Positions 25,784 through 37,954 of a DNA stretch of 64,000 nt are shown here, one piece after another. A program made the translations under genes and the position numbers. The DNA comes from Trichosphaerium sp. ATCC 40318 (taxonomy: Eukaryota > Protista > Tubulinea), in NCBI GenBank assembly GCA_038496445.1, contig JALMLS010000486.1, positions 1-64,000 of the forward strand, written 5' to 3'. Under the pieces are notes generated by a model. That model saw only the letters and a list, made by a program, of their open reading frames with translations, was not told the DNA's origin and did not search any database. Position 1 is the stretch's first letter, and each line of letters opens with the position of its first letter.

Positions 25784-25855
25784 AGGAGACTCCGGGAATC
25801 GAACCCGGAACTCGAGAGCCACATTCTCATATGTTACCATTGACACCAAGTCTCC
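25784..25855 (-). tRNA. tRNA-His (GUG)
   Basis: Acceptor GGAGACT/AGTCTCC; anticodon arm TGAGA-ATGTGGC-TCTCG; T-arm CCGGG-TTCGATT-CCCGG. Confidence 0.9.
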
Positions 25856-26506
25856 TTCTGTTTATTTGTTTATCAGGTTCGAATAGACCGGTCTTAAAGA
25901 AAAACTAGCACACTTGCAAAATTAAAACCAACTGCTAAAAAAGTGAACACAAAGTACGAATCCAATCAGAATAAGAAAGATCTCATTAATATTGTTAATG
26001 GTGGTACCAATTGTGCGCTTTGTGATGGAGCTGTAGCTCTAAATGTTTTAGCCTATTTTAACTTGCTTTACCATGCATTTCTTCTGCTACTGCACTCAAC
26101 AATATTACTTTAACAACTACAAATAAAATATCCTCATAAAAACGTTGTAAATTCTAGAGAAGTAATATTACACTATCAACGGTCTACAATGATATATTTT
26201 TTGTTATAATCGATATCTAAACACTAATGGTTTTAGTGCTGTTAACAACTTGACTTTAGTTGAAGTCAAGCCGAAGATCATTGCTTTTTTTGAAATGTTC
26301 TTGACATTTCCTTGCGATAGTTGTTGAATACTTTACAGCCTGATCATGGTGTACTTGTTCTCTAGAAATGTATATATTTACTAACCCGTTGCTTTAGTGA
26401 AGATTAGCGCTTACTTAGTAAAAGTTCAAAGAAAACAGAAGTGCTTCTTCTTGTGACACATATTTTCAAATAAAATTGACATAAAAAATTACAACATAAA
26501 CCATAA

Positions 26507-29500
26507 ATGTATGGTCTTGTTTCAAAATCGGGTGAAAAGAGTCATCTATTGAGCGTTGATGTTGATGGTATTTTTACAGGCACGTTTGGTTCTTTAAAAA
26601 CGCTAGTAGTTTACTGTATCATGTAGATGCTGTTGGTACCATCGCTGTAACGCAAGTTTATCAAAATAAGGGCTCTAACCCAATAGAATGTGTCTACTCC
26701 TTCCCTAAGCATGCGGCTATGCCAATAACTGGCTTTTCAGTAACAATTGGAGACAAGATAATAAAAGGTAACTTAATACAAACGTTTTTCTTTTTCTTTT
26801 CATAAAAAACTGTTAACTTTTTTTGAACAGGAAATATTTCTTCTAAAGAGGAAGGAAAGATTGAGTATGATATTGCTGTTGCAAAAGGTAAAGGTGGTTA
26901 CTTACTAGAACAAGTTTCAGAGGACATTGTTAAAATGTCAGTTGGTACGGAACTGGTGACTAGTCTTAAGAAAGTTTTTGAAAAATAACTTTTTTCTGAA
27001 AAAATAGGCAATCTCAATCCTGGAGAAAAAGCGTCTGTCAAAATATCTCTTTTATGTACAGCATCTTATGAACTTGGTAACACAATGCGAATTGGGGTTC
27101 CATTAACTTTTGGTCCTCGATACGGAAAGCGTAAGTGACAAAATGATTGAAATTGTGAGGAGCTCAAAATTTATTATTTGTTACAGCTGCTGACAACATT
27201 GGAACTGTGACTTATACTGACTCTTCCCAGTATGATTACAACGCTAAATTTAAGGTCAATATGCCTTGTGGCATCAAAGATGTCACATCACCATCACACG
27301 AGGTCAAGGGTACCCTAATCATAAAGTACAAAATAGTCATGGGTTTTTTTTTAGCTGTGCTTGACGCAAAAGATACTGTTGCAAATATTTCACTAAGTCC
27401 GAGTGATGGTAACAATTGGGCAGATATTATCATCCTTGTAGAAATGAATTATTCAAATGAACCTACTATTATTTGCGAGACAACACCAGATAAACACAGA
27501 GCAGTATGTATATCGCAAGTGAAGTTGTTGTTGACACACTCCATCCAGGTTTATGTTTCTTGTAAACCCAACTTCAAGACACCTAAAGATCTTGGCTTGT
27601 CACATGAGTTCATATTCCTTCTTGATAGAAGTGGTAGCATGGCAGGACATCGGTATACTTTTAAATTTACATATTTAATGAACTGACTGAGGTTGTAGAA
27701 TGAGGATGGCAAAAGAAGCACTTCAAATTTTTCTTAGAAGCTTGCCTACAGATTGTTCTTTTAACATCGTTGGTTTTGGGACTTCCCATAACACGCTCTT
27801 TGAAGAAAGCAGAGAATATAATGATGAATCTCTTCAAGAAGCTTCTAATCACGTCAAGTCACTTAAAGCCAACTTTGGTACACAAGTCGCACTTGGATTG
27901 TTTTCTCAATTTTTGTAAACAGGCGGAACGGAGATACTTGCTCCTTTGAAGGCTATAATGACAAAACATCCTAAGACTGGTCATGAAAGGGTTATCTTCC
28001 TTCTTACTGATGGAGAGGTACATAATACAAAGTCTGTTTGCGACTTTGTATTACAACACGTGGCGCACACTCGAGTTTTCACAAGCACGTTGCCTTTATA
28101 GCGATCAACTTTAACAAAAGCAATAGTCGGTGTTGGGAAAAGTGCTTCTACTGCCCTTGTGGACGGTGTAGCCAAGTCAGGTAATGGAATGCCTACTTAC
28201 GTAAGCAATACGAAGAATATGAGCACCAAGATAATTCGCCAGGTAACTACTACATAGAACGAAATGCGAAACCAAAATAGTAACTTGAAAACATAGCTCA
28301 AAAACGCGTGCACGTGTTTAACGGCCGTGTGGAAAAACCTCAAAGTCAACAGCTACCCCAACGAAGATATATCAATACCATATAGTCCAGGGGATACTAT
28401 ATCTGTACTAGGATTAGTAGAAAGCGACGAAGACTTAGAGTACAAATAACTTAATCAGATTTATTTAACTAGTGTTTAGGCATGCATCTTTGGAGCTTTG
28501 TACAACTTCACTCCCAGCCCAAACGTATGAAATAAGCCTCAAGAATGCATTACATACAAATGGGATGCACATACATCAACGGAGTGTTCATGTTATGTTG
28601 CCTTTCAGAGAAAAAAGCGAAATAGTTGATAACAGTTTGAAATACCAGATACTAACAAAATACACTTGCTTTGTGGCAGTTGGTCAAGAGAAGAAAACTG
28701 TCAATGGTCAAACTACACAAGTTGATATCCCTCTACCACTTCTATCCGCCCGTCCACAACAAAGAGCATCTAACTCCGCAGGAGTGTCTGTATCTCGTGG
28801 CGGTAATCGCTTCCGTGAAAGCAGTGTGGTAAATAGGAAGTTAGTTACCTTTATTTACTAATCAATTATTTCTAGTGTACCATTGGCGCATCTTTCCATT
28901 ATAGTACTGTTAAGCTTGGAGATGGGAAAACTATGAAATCTCAGTTTTGGGTAAGGAGCTAGAGCAACCACTAAGCACTATTTTCTAAATTTTTTTGTAC
29001 TAGGATACAGCAGGCCAGGAGCGATATAACTCACTAGCTCCAATGTATTATCGAGGAGCAACGCTTGCAGTAATATGTTACGATGTTACAGATGAGGATT
29101 CGTTTATCAGAGTAGATCATTGGCTAGCCGAAGTAACACGTGGCTCAAATTCTGCCATAATCCTTGTTGGAAACAAAGTACGTATTTCTGACGTGACAAC
29201 AAACAATAAAAGGATTAAAATTACAATATAGGTTGACTTGAAGGATGATCGTGAAGTCAGTTATACACGTGCTTTGAACTATGCCAATAAAAACGATGTT
29301 TCCTTTTTTGAAGTTTCAGCGAAAACAATGGAAGGATTAGATCAGCTAGTGTCAATCATGTACCAAGGTACTAACATCACCGTACTTTCGGCTTTACCCC
29401 TCCTTTATATCTATGCTTACTTACCTGTCCATACAGAGGCATACCTTGCTATTGATTCACCCGACAAGGATATCAAAAGTACGTCATTCTTTTTTTGGAA

Positions 29501-30242
29501 TTGTGATGAGCGTTTTTTTTTCAGTTGTTTATTTTTTTTGTAGTTGTATTAGTTGGAGAGCAAGGTGTCGGTAAAACCACTATTGAGCAGCAAATCTCTA
29601 GTTATCGTGTCGATTTGACAGAATTTTGTAAGAAAAATCCTAAGCGGAGTCAACCAACAAACAAGCAGCAGCCAATCACAGAAAACAATCAAGAAAATAG
29701 CGGGTTTTTTGGATATATTGCATCCGCTTTTGGCTCTTTTTTTGGAGCAAGTCAATCAGTAGAGCAACCAAACACAGCCTCAGAGCCAAAAAAACAACTT
29801 AAAAGATCATATAAAACCCCAACACGTCAACATACACAACAATCTGCAAGTACAGATACAAAAAAAATAAACAAGAAAGAAGTAATTAATGTGATGGACT
29901 TGATCATGTTACAAAAGGCAGATGGTACTTGGGATTTAACAGATACATTTGCTAAATGTATGTTGACTACCAAAGAAGCATTATTCAAAGCAATACCGCC
30001 TGAGGTACAAATAACAATTACATTATATTTTCTCCAAACTTTTTTCTCAATGTACTTTTTAGATGTCATCAAAAGAAAGGCTTTGGGCAACATTGCTTGC
30101 TATCACATACCTCGAATCTATTGAGACTGAAAAAGAAGCTAGACAGTTAGTTATATCAAAGGCAAAGGTTCATATATCATTATATAGTAATTGTAGTATG
30201 CACGCTAGAACCTTTCTGAATTTATGACAGGCAAAACACTAG
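26507..30242 (+). CDS. VWA5A-like VIT-VWA protein with an inserted circularly permuted Rab-like GTPase domain (last exon uncertain)
   Basis: VIT (TQVYQN...PIECVYSFP...GNLNPGE), VWA with MIDAS (FLLDRSGSM...LLTDGEV...FTIGVG), ILTKYTCFVAV, Rab motifs G2-G5 then G1, and the family C-terminal LIMLQKADGTWDL...LWATLLAITYL. Confidence 0.88.
28802..29610 (+). other. Circularly permuted Rab5-like GTPase domain (G2-G3-G4-G5-G1) within the VIT-VWA gene
   Basis: CTIGASF (28876), WDTAGQE (D at 29004), GNK/VD (29172-29237), EVSAK (S at 29316), then KIVLVGEQGVGKTT (P-loop 29555-29578); all joined in frame by GT-AG introns. Confidence 0.85.
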
Positions 30243-30619
30243 CTTTAAAATTTCCTGAAATAAACCTCAATGGCGTTTCCATTTACTTGCGTATCACCTT
30301 CTACCATTGCAGTGCCTTCAATACCAAGTCTTGAAAGGGCACGTTGCGTTTATTAGACCCACATTTAAAAGTTGCTGCAGCCTTGATAAACCCAATTAAA
30401 ACTTGACAGTAAATACAAAAATCGAACAATTTTTTTTTAATACTTTTTCGACATCGTCAACGTACTGGTTGAGTGAAAGTAATGACTATATTACACGTAC
30501 TAAATGCCTATATAGTAACTGAAGTACCATTTACCTTAATAGTACGGCCTCCAGCAAGTACCATAAGAAAAAAGAAATACGAAATTGCAAAATAACTGTA
30601 GCTTCATTTGTATTCCTTC

Positions 30620-31812
30620 TTACATCCATTTGAGTTCAACTACTAGCAATTTATGATCTGTAACCTTCTCTGCATCTATTTGAGTACATGTACTATTATC
30701 CCAGTCAATTCTCTTTGCTATATCTTGACTTATCCAAATGTAATCAATGCGTGTACTATATCTGCATGTTTTAGCATCAATATCCTTCTTTTCAGGATTA
30801 AGACATTTCCAGCAATCCACAAACCCTCTTCCTTTCATAAACTGTGTAACATCTGTTCTTGGAGGCTCCCAACCTTAATTAAACATCAGAAAACAAATAC
30901 AAAAGAGGAACAAAGTAGTACAGGTAAAAAAAACTAAAAAAAATGATTAAATAATGACCACAAAGCCATATACTCACCAGACATATTTCTTCTATCTACA
31001 ATAGTATCTTCCCAAAACCTTCAAACAAAGAGAGATAATTGTAAGTTCTCTCAAAGATGCTTATTATTTAAACAGTTTCAAGCACAGAAAAATGACTCAA
31101 ATGTTTTTGGACAGAGTTGTCACGTGATTGTCACATGTCATCAAAAAAAAAAGTCAGCGTACTCATCTGTGTAATCTTCTCTTGTCAGGGCATTAAAATC
31201 TCCAAGTATTATAGCTGGACCTTTGACCATATCCAAGATTTTTTTGATTTGAATCAATCGAACATTTTCGTCTTTGTGACATAAATGTGTCACAACAATG
31301 TCTCCAATTTCATGTTTAATTATCGTAGCATTACGCGTTTCCTTCCCAGGGACCTTTTGCGAGGAGTATCAACAAAGATAAGACGAATTTCAGTTAAAAA
31401 ACAAAGGAACAGCCTTGTGGTTCTTGTAATAAACGTACCTCTAGTTTAATGCTTTCCCACGCACTCACGATATCTCCTTTGATTATAAAAGCGTTTCCAA
31501 GCGTAGGAGAGTCTCCTGGTCCAAAATATGGCTTATAGGCTTGGCCCAACGCCGCAGCTATGCTCAGTCAATACAATATAGATGTAGTAGTAGTTACAGA
31601 AGCTTTCTGGCGTTGGCATGTAAGTTTGTCGCGGATTCTTTACAACCTACGCTAAATAAGTTAATATATCTCTCAGTTAAATCACTGACCTCTTGTAAAC
31701 CTATAATGTCGATATTTAACGGTTTTAGCTTTGCGACAAGTCCTTTCTCATTAATCTTCCATTCATCATCGCTCCACGCGTGTACGTTCCACGAGGCAAT
31801 ACTTAACGTCAT
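30620..31812 (-). CDS. Endonuclease/exonuclease/phosphatase (EEP) family protein
   Basis: Spliced IASWNVH...DIIGLQE...VTHL...ILGDFNA...RIDYIW...TDHKLLVVEL. Confidence 0.9.
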
Positions 31813-31857
31813 TTCACTTGCTAAAAAGCGTATTACCACTTCTGACTTTGACCGACA

Positions 31858-32068
31858 ACGAGGAGAAAGAGGATATAATAACAGTAACTATAACAATACA
31901 AGAAGACAACAAAGAAATGAAAGTAGACAACAATACAGGAATTACGATGATAATCACCACAGACAGAATAGAAACAGTAGTAACAATAATGATAGAAACC
32001 AGCAAAATGATAGAAACCATCAGAAGAATGATAAAAGTCATAGGAGTGATAACAGAGGAAGATGGTAA
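31858..32068 (+). pseudogene. Orphan 3' fragment of the Nudix-RGG gene copied by the duplication
   Basis: RGERGYNNSNYNN...RGRW* is identical to the end of 14351-15867; catalytic exons are absent. Confidence 0.85.
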
Positions 32069-32588
32069 AAATACAAATGTAGAGTAATTTTTTGTATGCT
32101 TCTTGTCGATGGGAAGTAGGATCTTTTATATTAAGTTGTACAGTGTATCATTAAACAGTTTACCAATCAGATTTTTTGGTTTTTGAGCATTTACAGTTCA
32201 AATCTTTCAAATTCTTCAACTTGTTTTTACCCTGAACTTGCAAGTACTGGAAAAAAGAATTTGACTGAACTGTATTGATTTTTCAACCGAGGCTTCCTTC
32301 CTTTGTAAAACACAGAAAACGCATACGTGTGGGGTTTTTTTAAAACCGAGTCCTTTCTCTAGGCTTTAATATTATTTCTCGAAAGATAGTACTGAGTGGA
32401 GAAAGTAGAGGAAAAATAGTTTTTCAATCAAAATATTTCGGTTTCATGCACTCGTTTTGTTTTCGGTTTTAACCAGTTGTGTACTATTCTATGAAAAAAA
32501 ATTCTTTCGGTTGTACATTGTTTTCAGAGTTTATTTAGTAGTTTACAAGGTTTCAAGCAAAAACCGTTTACCGGCTATGATATTGTAA

Positions 32589-32897
32589 TTATAATTCTTG
32601 AAGTATTACTAGAGGTGTTGTAAACACTCCATCAAAGGTATCTGAACGCTGAAGAACTGGTTTTTCCTTTTTTTGTTGTTGCTCATGGTTTCTTTGAGGT
32701 TGATCGTTTTCAATCATATTTTGGTTTTCTTCTTGCTGGTATGTGTTGTTTTGACGTGTATTCCTTCTATTAGCTCTCATAGCTCTAGCATTCTTGTTTC
32801 GCTCTGTTCTTTTTACTGTACTCGTTCCCATCTGGTGAAACCAAGCTGCGTTTTCAAGCAACAAGTTTTCTTCTCTTTGATTTGGTCTTCCGTTCAT
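32589..32897 (-). CDS. Hypothetical Asn/Gln/Arg-rich protein (copy of 13521-13829)
   Basis: Identical translation. Confidence 0.45.
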   Translation of the reverse strand: MNGRPNQREENLLLENAAWFHQMGTSTVKRTERNKNARAMRANRRNTRQNNTYQQEENQNMIENDQPQRNHEQQQKKEKPVLQRSDTFDGVFTTPLVILQEL

Positions 32898-33320
32898 TTT
32901 CGTTGGGTTTTTTTTTTGGTGAGGTGCTTTTGATGTACTTGAAAGTTTAAAAATGACTCATCAAATGTGGCTTATTTTATTCGCACGTTACTTAATAGAG
33001 AAGAGTCGGTATTATCTGAAAATGATATTAAAACTGCCAAGCAACACTTCTAGGAATTCGCTTTGAGAATTATCAATCAGAGACGAAGAGGTTTGTGCGT
33101 ACCGCTAACCAGTGCTATGTATTGTGCTTTTACAATCAGTGGCGGTTAAAGACCCGTGATGTAGGAGCTACTGAACATCACTTTTCAGAAACTTCATACG
33201 AATTTCTTTCTTTGCCACGCACCAACCAGGTGGAAACTTGGAAGTTTTGGCTAGTTGAATGCGAAACAATATAACCTATAGTTTCACTCCGCTATATAAC
33301 ACTGCTCTTTATAAGTTTTA

Positions 33321-35063
33321 TTATGTTATTGTTTGTACATTTACATTCTTATCAACCATTGACCTTGTTTTATTGTACGCTCTGAAAGGAAAAACCTTCT
33401 CCCTCACACGAGGTATGAATAAACTCGTTATGATCAAAATCATCGCTACTAACAGAATGAATACACAAACGCCTACAACAATAGCAATAAAATACTTGGA
33501 TCCTGAATCATCAAGGTAGCCATTCTGTTAAGAAACTAGTAAGAGAAAAAAAAACAGTGTAAGTTTTTTTGGTTTGTTTTACCTGTTCTGGGTCTAGACA
33601 TAAATGTAATAATATCGCCTTGCTTCGCACTGCTATGTTCACGCATTGATCACCCGACTTATTTATCACTGTTACATTGTCTATATTGACACATAGTTCG
33701 TTTTCAATGGAAACCAATGTAATGTTTGATCCATTGTTAAATGTGCCATCAACAATAATAGTCCCTTGTAAATCTACACATCCTGTGACTATCAGCTGAA
33801 ATATATATACGTTAGTATGGATACAAATATATCAAGGGATATTGTGAGCCGTAACTGTAGCCCCAGACTCAATAGTAAGGACACTTGTTGAATCTACAAC
33901 CAGATTTCCGATAATTGTCAAAGTAGTGTTAATTACAATTGACTTGTTTCCCAATATTACAGTATTGTTGACAATCCATTCCCCCCATTTACATACAGCG
34001 TTTTCGTAAGGCTTTTCGTCAATACAAGCGTTACTACAATTAAAAGTGTATCTTACAGCAGCGAGTAACAATTTTTTTCCGTTTTCATTCAAAAACGTTC
34101 CAGAGTCATCGCCAATGAAGAACCCAATTCTACAATTAACTGCTGGACCTGACTTCATTTGGTCACCCTACAAACAAGTTAAATATTGTATTTATTTGAA
34201 CAACATAAACACGTGATATGTACCTTTTCAAATACAAAGTACGAAGGTTTGTACGGAGCAAATGTTGCTCTTGCAATAACTCTACCACCTTGTGAAAGAC
34301 TCCCATTCACGTTTATAGAGTATAAATTCCATTTTTTATTAAGAACTGTAGTGTTCCCATGAAATCCAGCTGCAAGAATACTTTCCGAGTCGACTATGGT
34401 AATACTGTCCGTTGTAATGTTCATTTCTATTGTTTTTGTTACGAAACTAGTTTTACTGGCTCATAGGACTTACCTCCTTTTCCCCCAGACGAATCAGGTT
34501 TCATACGATGGTATAGAGCACCTTCATAACACAAAATGGGTACGTCAAGTTGAAAAATGGATTTATTTAGGTGATGACTTCTAATACTTTCTGAAATTAC
34601 CTAAAGTATGAAAATCAGTGGATAGATAAACAAAATCTTTTTTCCTTTTTGGTATGAGCAGTCACCACGTGAAGCGCAATAAATATTCAAACTATGGCTT
34701 GGGAAGAAAAAAGGGTAAAAAGGCGACTCACTATTGCTCCGTATTCGTTTAACGGCTCGAGGCTCGAGTACCGTAAATCCACGCCCGTAGTACAATCTAC
34801 ATTAAATCCATCGTCCTCTATAATTTTCAAAATAGCCTTGTCACTGGGAGTTGTATCATTGCCGCAGTCTTGTACCTGGCGAAATACAGGTTAGTTAAAA
34901 GAACTTCGAAACTAAATTAGCGTTTTCAAATTTAATTTGTTGTATTCAAAGGACTAACAATAAAGAGGATCGTGCTCTGTTTTGAAGGCACATCTTGATT
35001 CAATGCGCTCCCGCACATTAATAATAGCGCCAAAAAACCACAAAAGGACAGATACAAACTCAT
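33321..35063 (-). CDS. Type I membrane protein, tandem copy R1 (mirror of L2)
   Basis: Near-identical to 11351-13097. Confidence 0.8.
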
Positions 35064-36221
35064 CAGTTACTGCACGACCCCAAGAAAAGAAATTATAACT
35101 TTTGTATGCAAGCTAGTCGTACTTATTCAATACTTTGAAACACGTGTCTTGTTATTAACTCAGAATATCTGACAAATGAACAGTGAGATGAGAACAATAT
35201 AGCAACTACTTTCCTTTCACCTCTAACTGGATACTGTTCACATGTACAAATGACAGGCTGTTCAATGTAACAAATGTCATTGAAAAGTATGACAGTTTTC
35301 CAACAGTGGAATTGCCACAGAGCAAACACAAATAAACATACGGAAGCCAAACCATGCGGTGTATGTATACGTCGCAAACTTAGTGGCCAAAACAACGATC
35401 ATTTATAATGTGTTATTGAACTGATGAGTTAGAGTTACAGTCACACCTGCACTGACGCATGACATGCTTTGTAATAGTTTTGCGAAGTCACCATTGAAAT
35501 CACGCTTCTTATGACGAATAATCTGTAATGGTTTATGGAACGTACAATCGGTTTTATTGCATCTTTTCTTGTGGTTGAAGATTTGTAAGCACGTAGAACT
35601 TAAGGCTGGGTTTACAATGCACAAAATTAACCAATTTTGAAAAATTTTCACGAGGATTTTTACGTTGAAGCGGACAGCATAGCGAAATATGAGGATGTGT
35701 TGATACAGAGAAGCAAAATAATAGCTGCTTCTTTCAAAAAGTTTTCCCATTAAATTTCAGCACCTCAACCATATTCTGGGTAGCTGTAAAAACACATGCA
35801 TGTAGGATAAATACTCAGTAAAGGTTTACAACATTTGGAACTTATAAAAGTTATAGTGACTTTGTGTAATAATATTGCCAATAGAAAAAAAAACCTGGAA
35901 AAAAATTAGCAACTGATAACCAACACTTCTAGGAATTCGCTTTGCGATTATCAATCACCGATAAGATGTTTTTGTACCGCAAACAAGTACTATGAATTGT
36001 GCCTTACAATCTCAACCAGTGGTAGAAAAAGACCGTGATTTAGGCTACTGAACATCACAAAACAGAAACTTCATACGAATTTCTTTCTTTACCATGCACC
36101 AACCACACCAGGTGGAAACTTGGAAGTTTTGGCTAGTTGAATGCGAAACAATATAACCTATAGTTTCACTCCGCTATATAACATATTGTAACCATAACAC
36201 TGCTCTTTATAAGTTTTATTA

Positions 36222-37954
36222 TTACGTTGTTTGTACATTTACATTCTTATCAACCATTGTTTTATTGTATGCTCTGAAAGGAAAAACCTTCTCTCTCACA
36301 CGAGGTATGAATAAACTTGTTATGATCAAAATCATCGCTACTAACAGAATGAATACACAAACGCCTACAACAATAGCAATAAAATACTTGGATCCTGAAT
36401 CATCAAGGTAGCCATTCTGTTAAAAAACTAGTAAGAAAAAAAAAACAGTGTAAGTTTTTTGGTTTGTTTTACCTGTTCTGGGTCTAGACATAAATGTAAT
36501 AATATTGCCTTGCTTCGCACTGCTATATTCACGCATTGATCACCCGACTTAGTTATCACTGTTACATTGTCTATATTAACACATAGTTCGTTTTCAATGG
36601 AAACTAATGTAATGTTTGATCCATTGTTAAATGTGCCATCAACAATAATAGTCCCTTGTAAATCTACACATCCTGTGACTATCAGCTGAAATATTTATGT
36701 TAGTATCGATACAAATATATCAAGGGATATTGTGAGACGTAACTGTAGCCCCAGACTCGATAGTAAGGACACTTGTTGAATCAACAACCAGATTTCCGAT
36801 AATTGTCAAAGTAGTATTAATTACTATTGACTTGTTTCCCAATATTACAGTATTGTTGACAATCCATTCTTCCCCTTTACATACAGCGTTTTCGTAAGGC
36901 TTTTCGTCAATACAAGCGCTACTACAATTAAATGTGTATCTTACAGCAGCGAGTAACAATTTTTTTCCGTTTTCATTCAAAAACGTTCCAGAGTTATCGC
37001 CAATGAAGAACCCAATTCTACAATTAACTGCTGGACCTGAGTTCATTTGGTCACCCTACACAAGTTAAATATTGCATTTATTTGAACAACATAAACACGT
37101 GATATATGTACCTTTTCAAATACAAAGTACGAAGGTTTGTACGGAGCAAATGTTGCTCTTGCAATAACTCTACCACCTTGTGAAAGACTCCCATTCACGT
37201 TTATAGAGTATAAATTCCATTTTTTATTAAGAACTGTAGTGTTCCCATGAAATCCAGCTGCAAGAATACTTTCCGAGTCGACTATGGTAATACTGTCCGT
37301 TGTAATGTTCATTTCTATTGTTTTTGTTACGAAACTAGTTTTACTGGCTCATAGGACTTACCTCCTTTTCCCCCAGACGAATCAGGTTTCATACGATGGT
37401 ATAGAGCACCTTCATAACACAAAATGGGTACGTCAAGTTGAAAAATGGATTTATTTAGGTGATGACTTCTAATACTTTCTGAAATTACCTAAAGTATGAA
37501 AATCAGTGGATAGATAAAAAAATCTTTTTTCCTTTTTGGTATGAGCAGTCACCACGTGAAGCGCAATAAATATTCATTCAAACTATGGCTTGGGAAGAAA
37601 AAAGGGTAAAAAGGCGACTCACTATTGCTCCGTATTCGTTTAACGGCTCGAGGCTCGAGTACCGTAAATCCACGCCCGTAGTACAATCTACATTAAATCC
37701 ATCGTCCTCTATAATTTTCAAAATAGCCTTGTCACTGGGAGTTGTATCATTGCCGCAGTCTTGTACCTGGCGAAATACAGGTTAGTTAAAAGAACTTCGA
37801 AACTAAATTAGCGTTTTCAAATTTAATTTGTTGTATTCAAAGGACTAACAATAAAGAGGATCGTGCTCTGTTTTGAAGGCACATCTTGATTCAATGCGCT
37901 CCCGCACATTAATAATAGCGCCAAAAAACCACAAAAGGACAGATACAAACTCAT
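36222..37954 (-). CDS. Type I membrane protein, tandem copy R2 (chimeric)
   Basis: 5' exons match L2/R1; 3' exons and tail (KGEEW, KTMVDKNVNVQTT) match L1. Confidence 0.8.

Noticed and set aside
25544-25849. 101-aa minus-strand ORF
   Set aside because: It overlaps the two tRNA genes and is spurious.
29043-29543. Stand-alone Rab gene nested after the VWA gene
   Set aside because: No start codon or P-loop upstream, no prenylation motif, and the exons splice in frame with VWA5A-type sequence on both sides.
14561-31858. Spacer as cargo of a giant transposon or endogenous virus with long TIRs
   Set aside because: Both arms and spacer hold ordinary intron-rich host genes; no transposase, integrase, polB or capsid gene was recognised.
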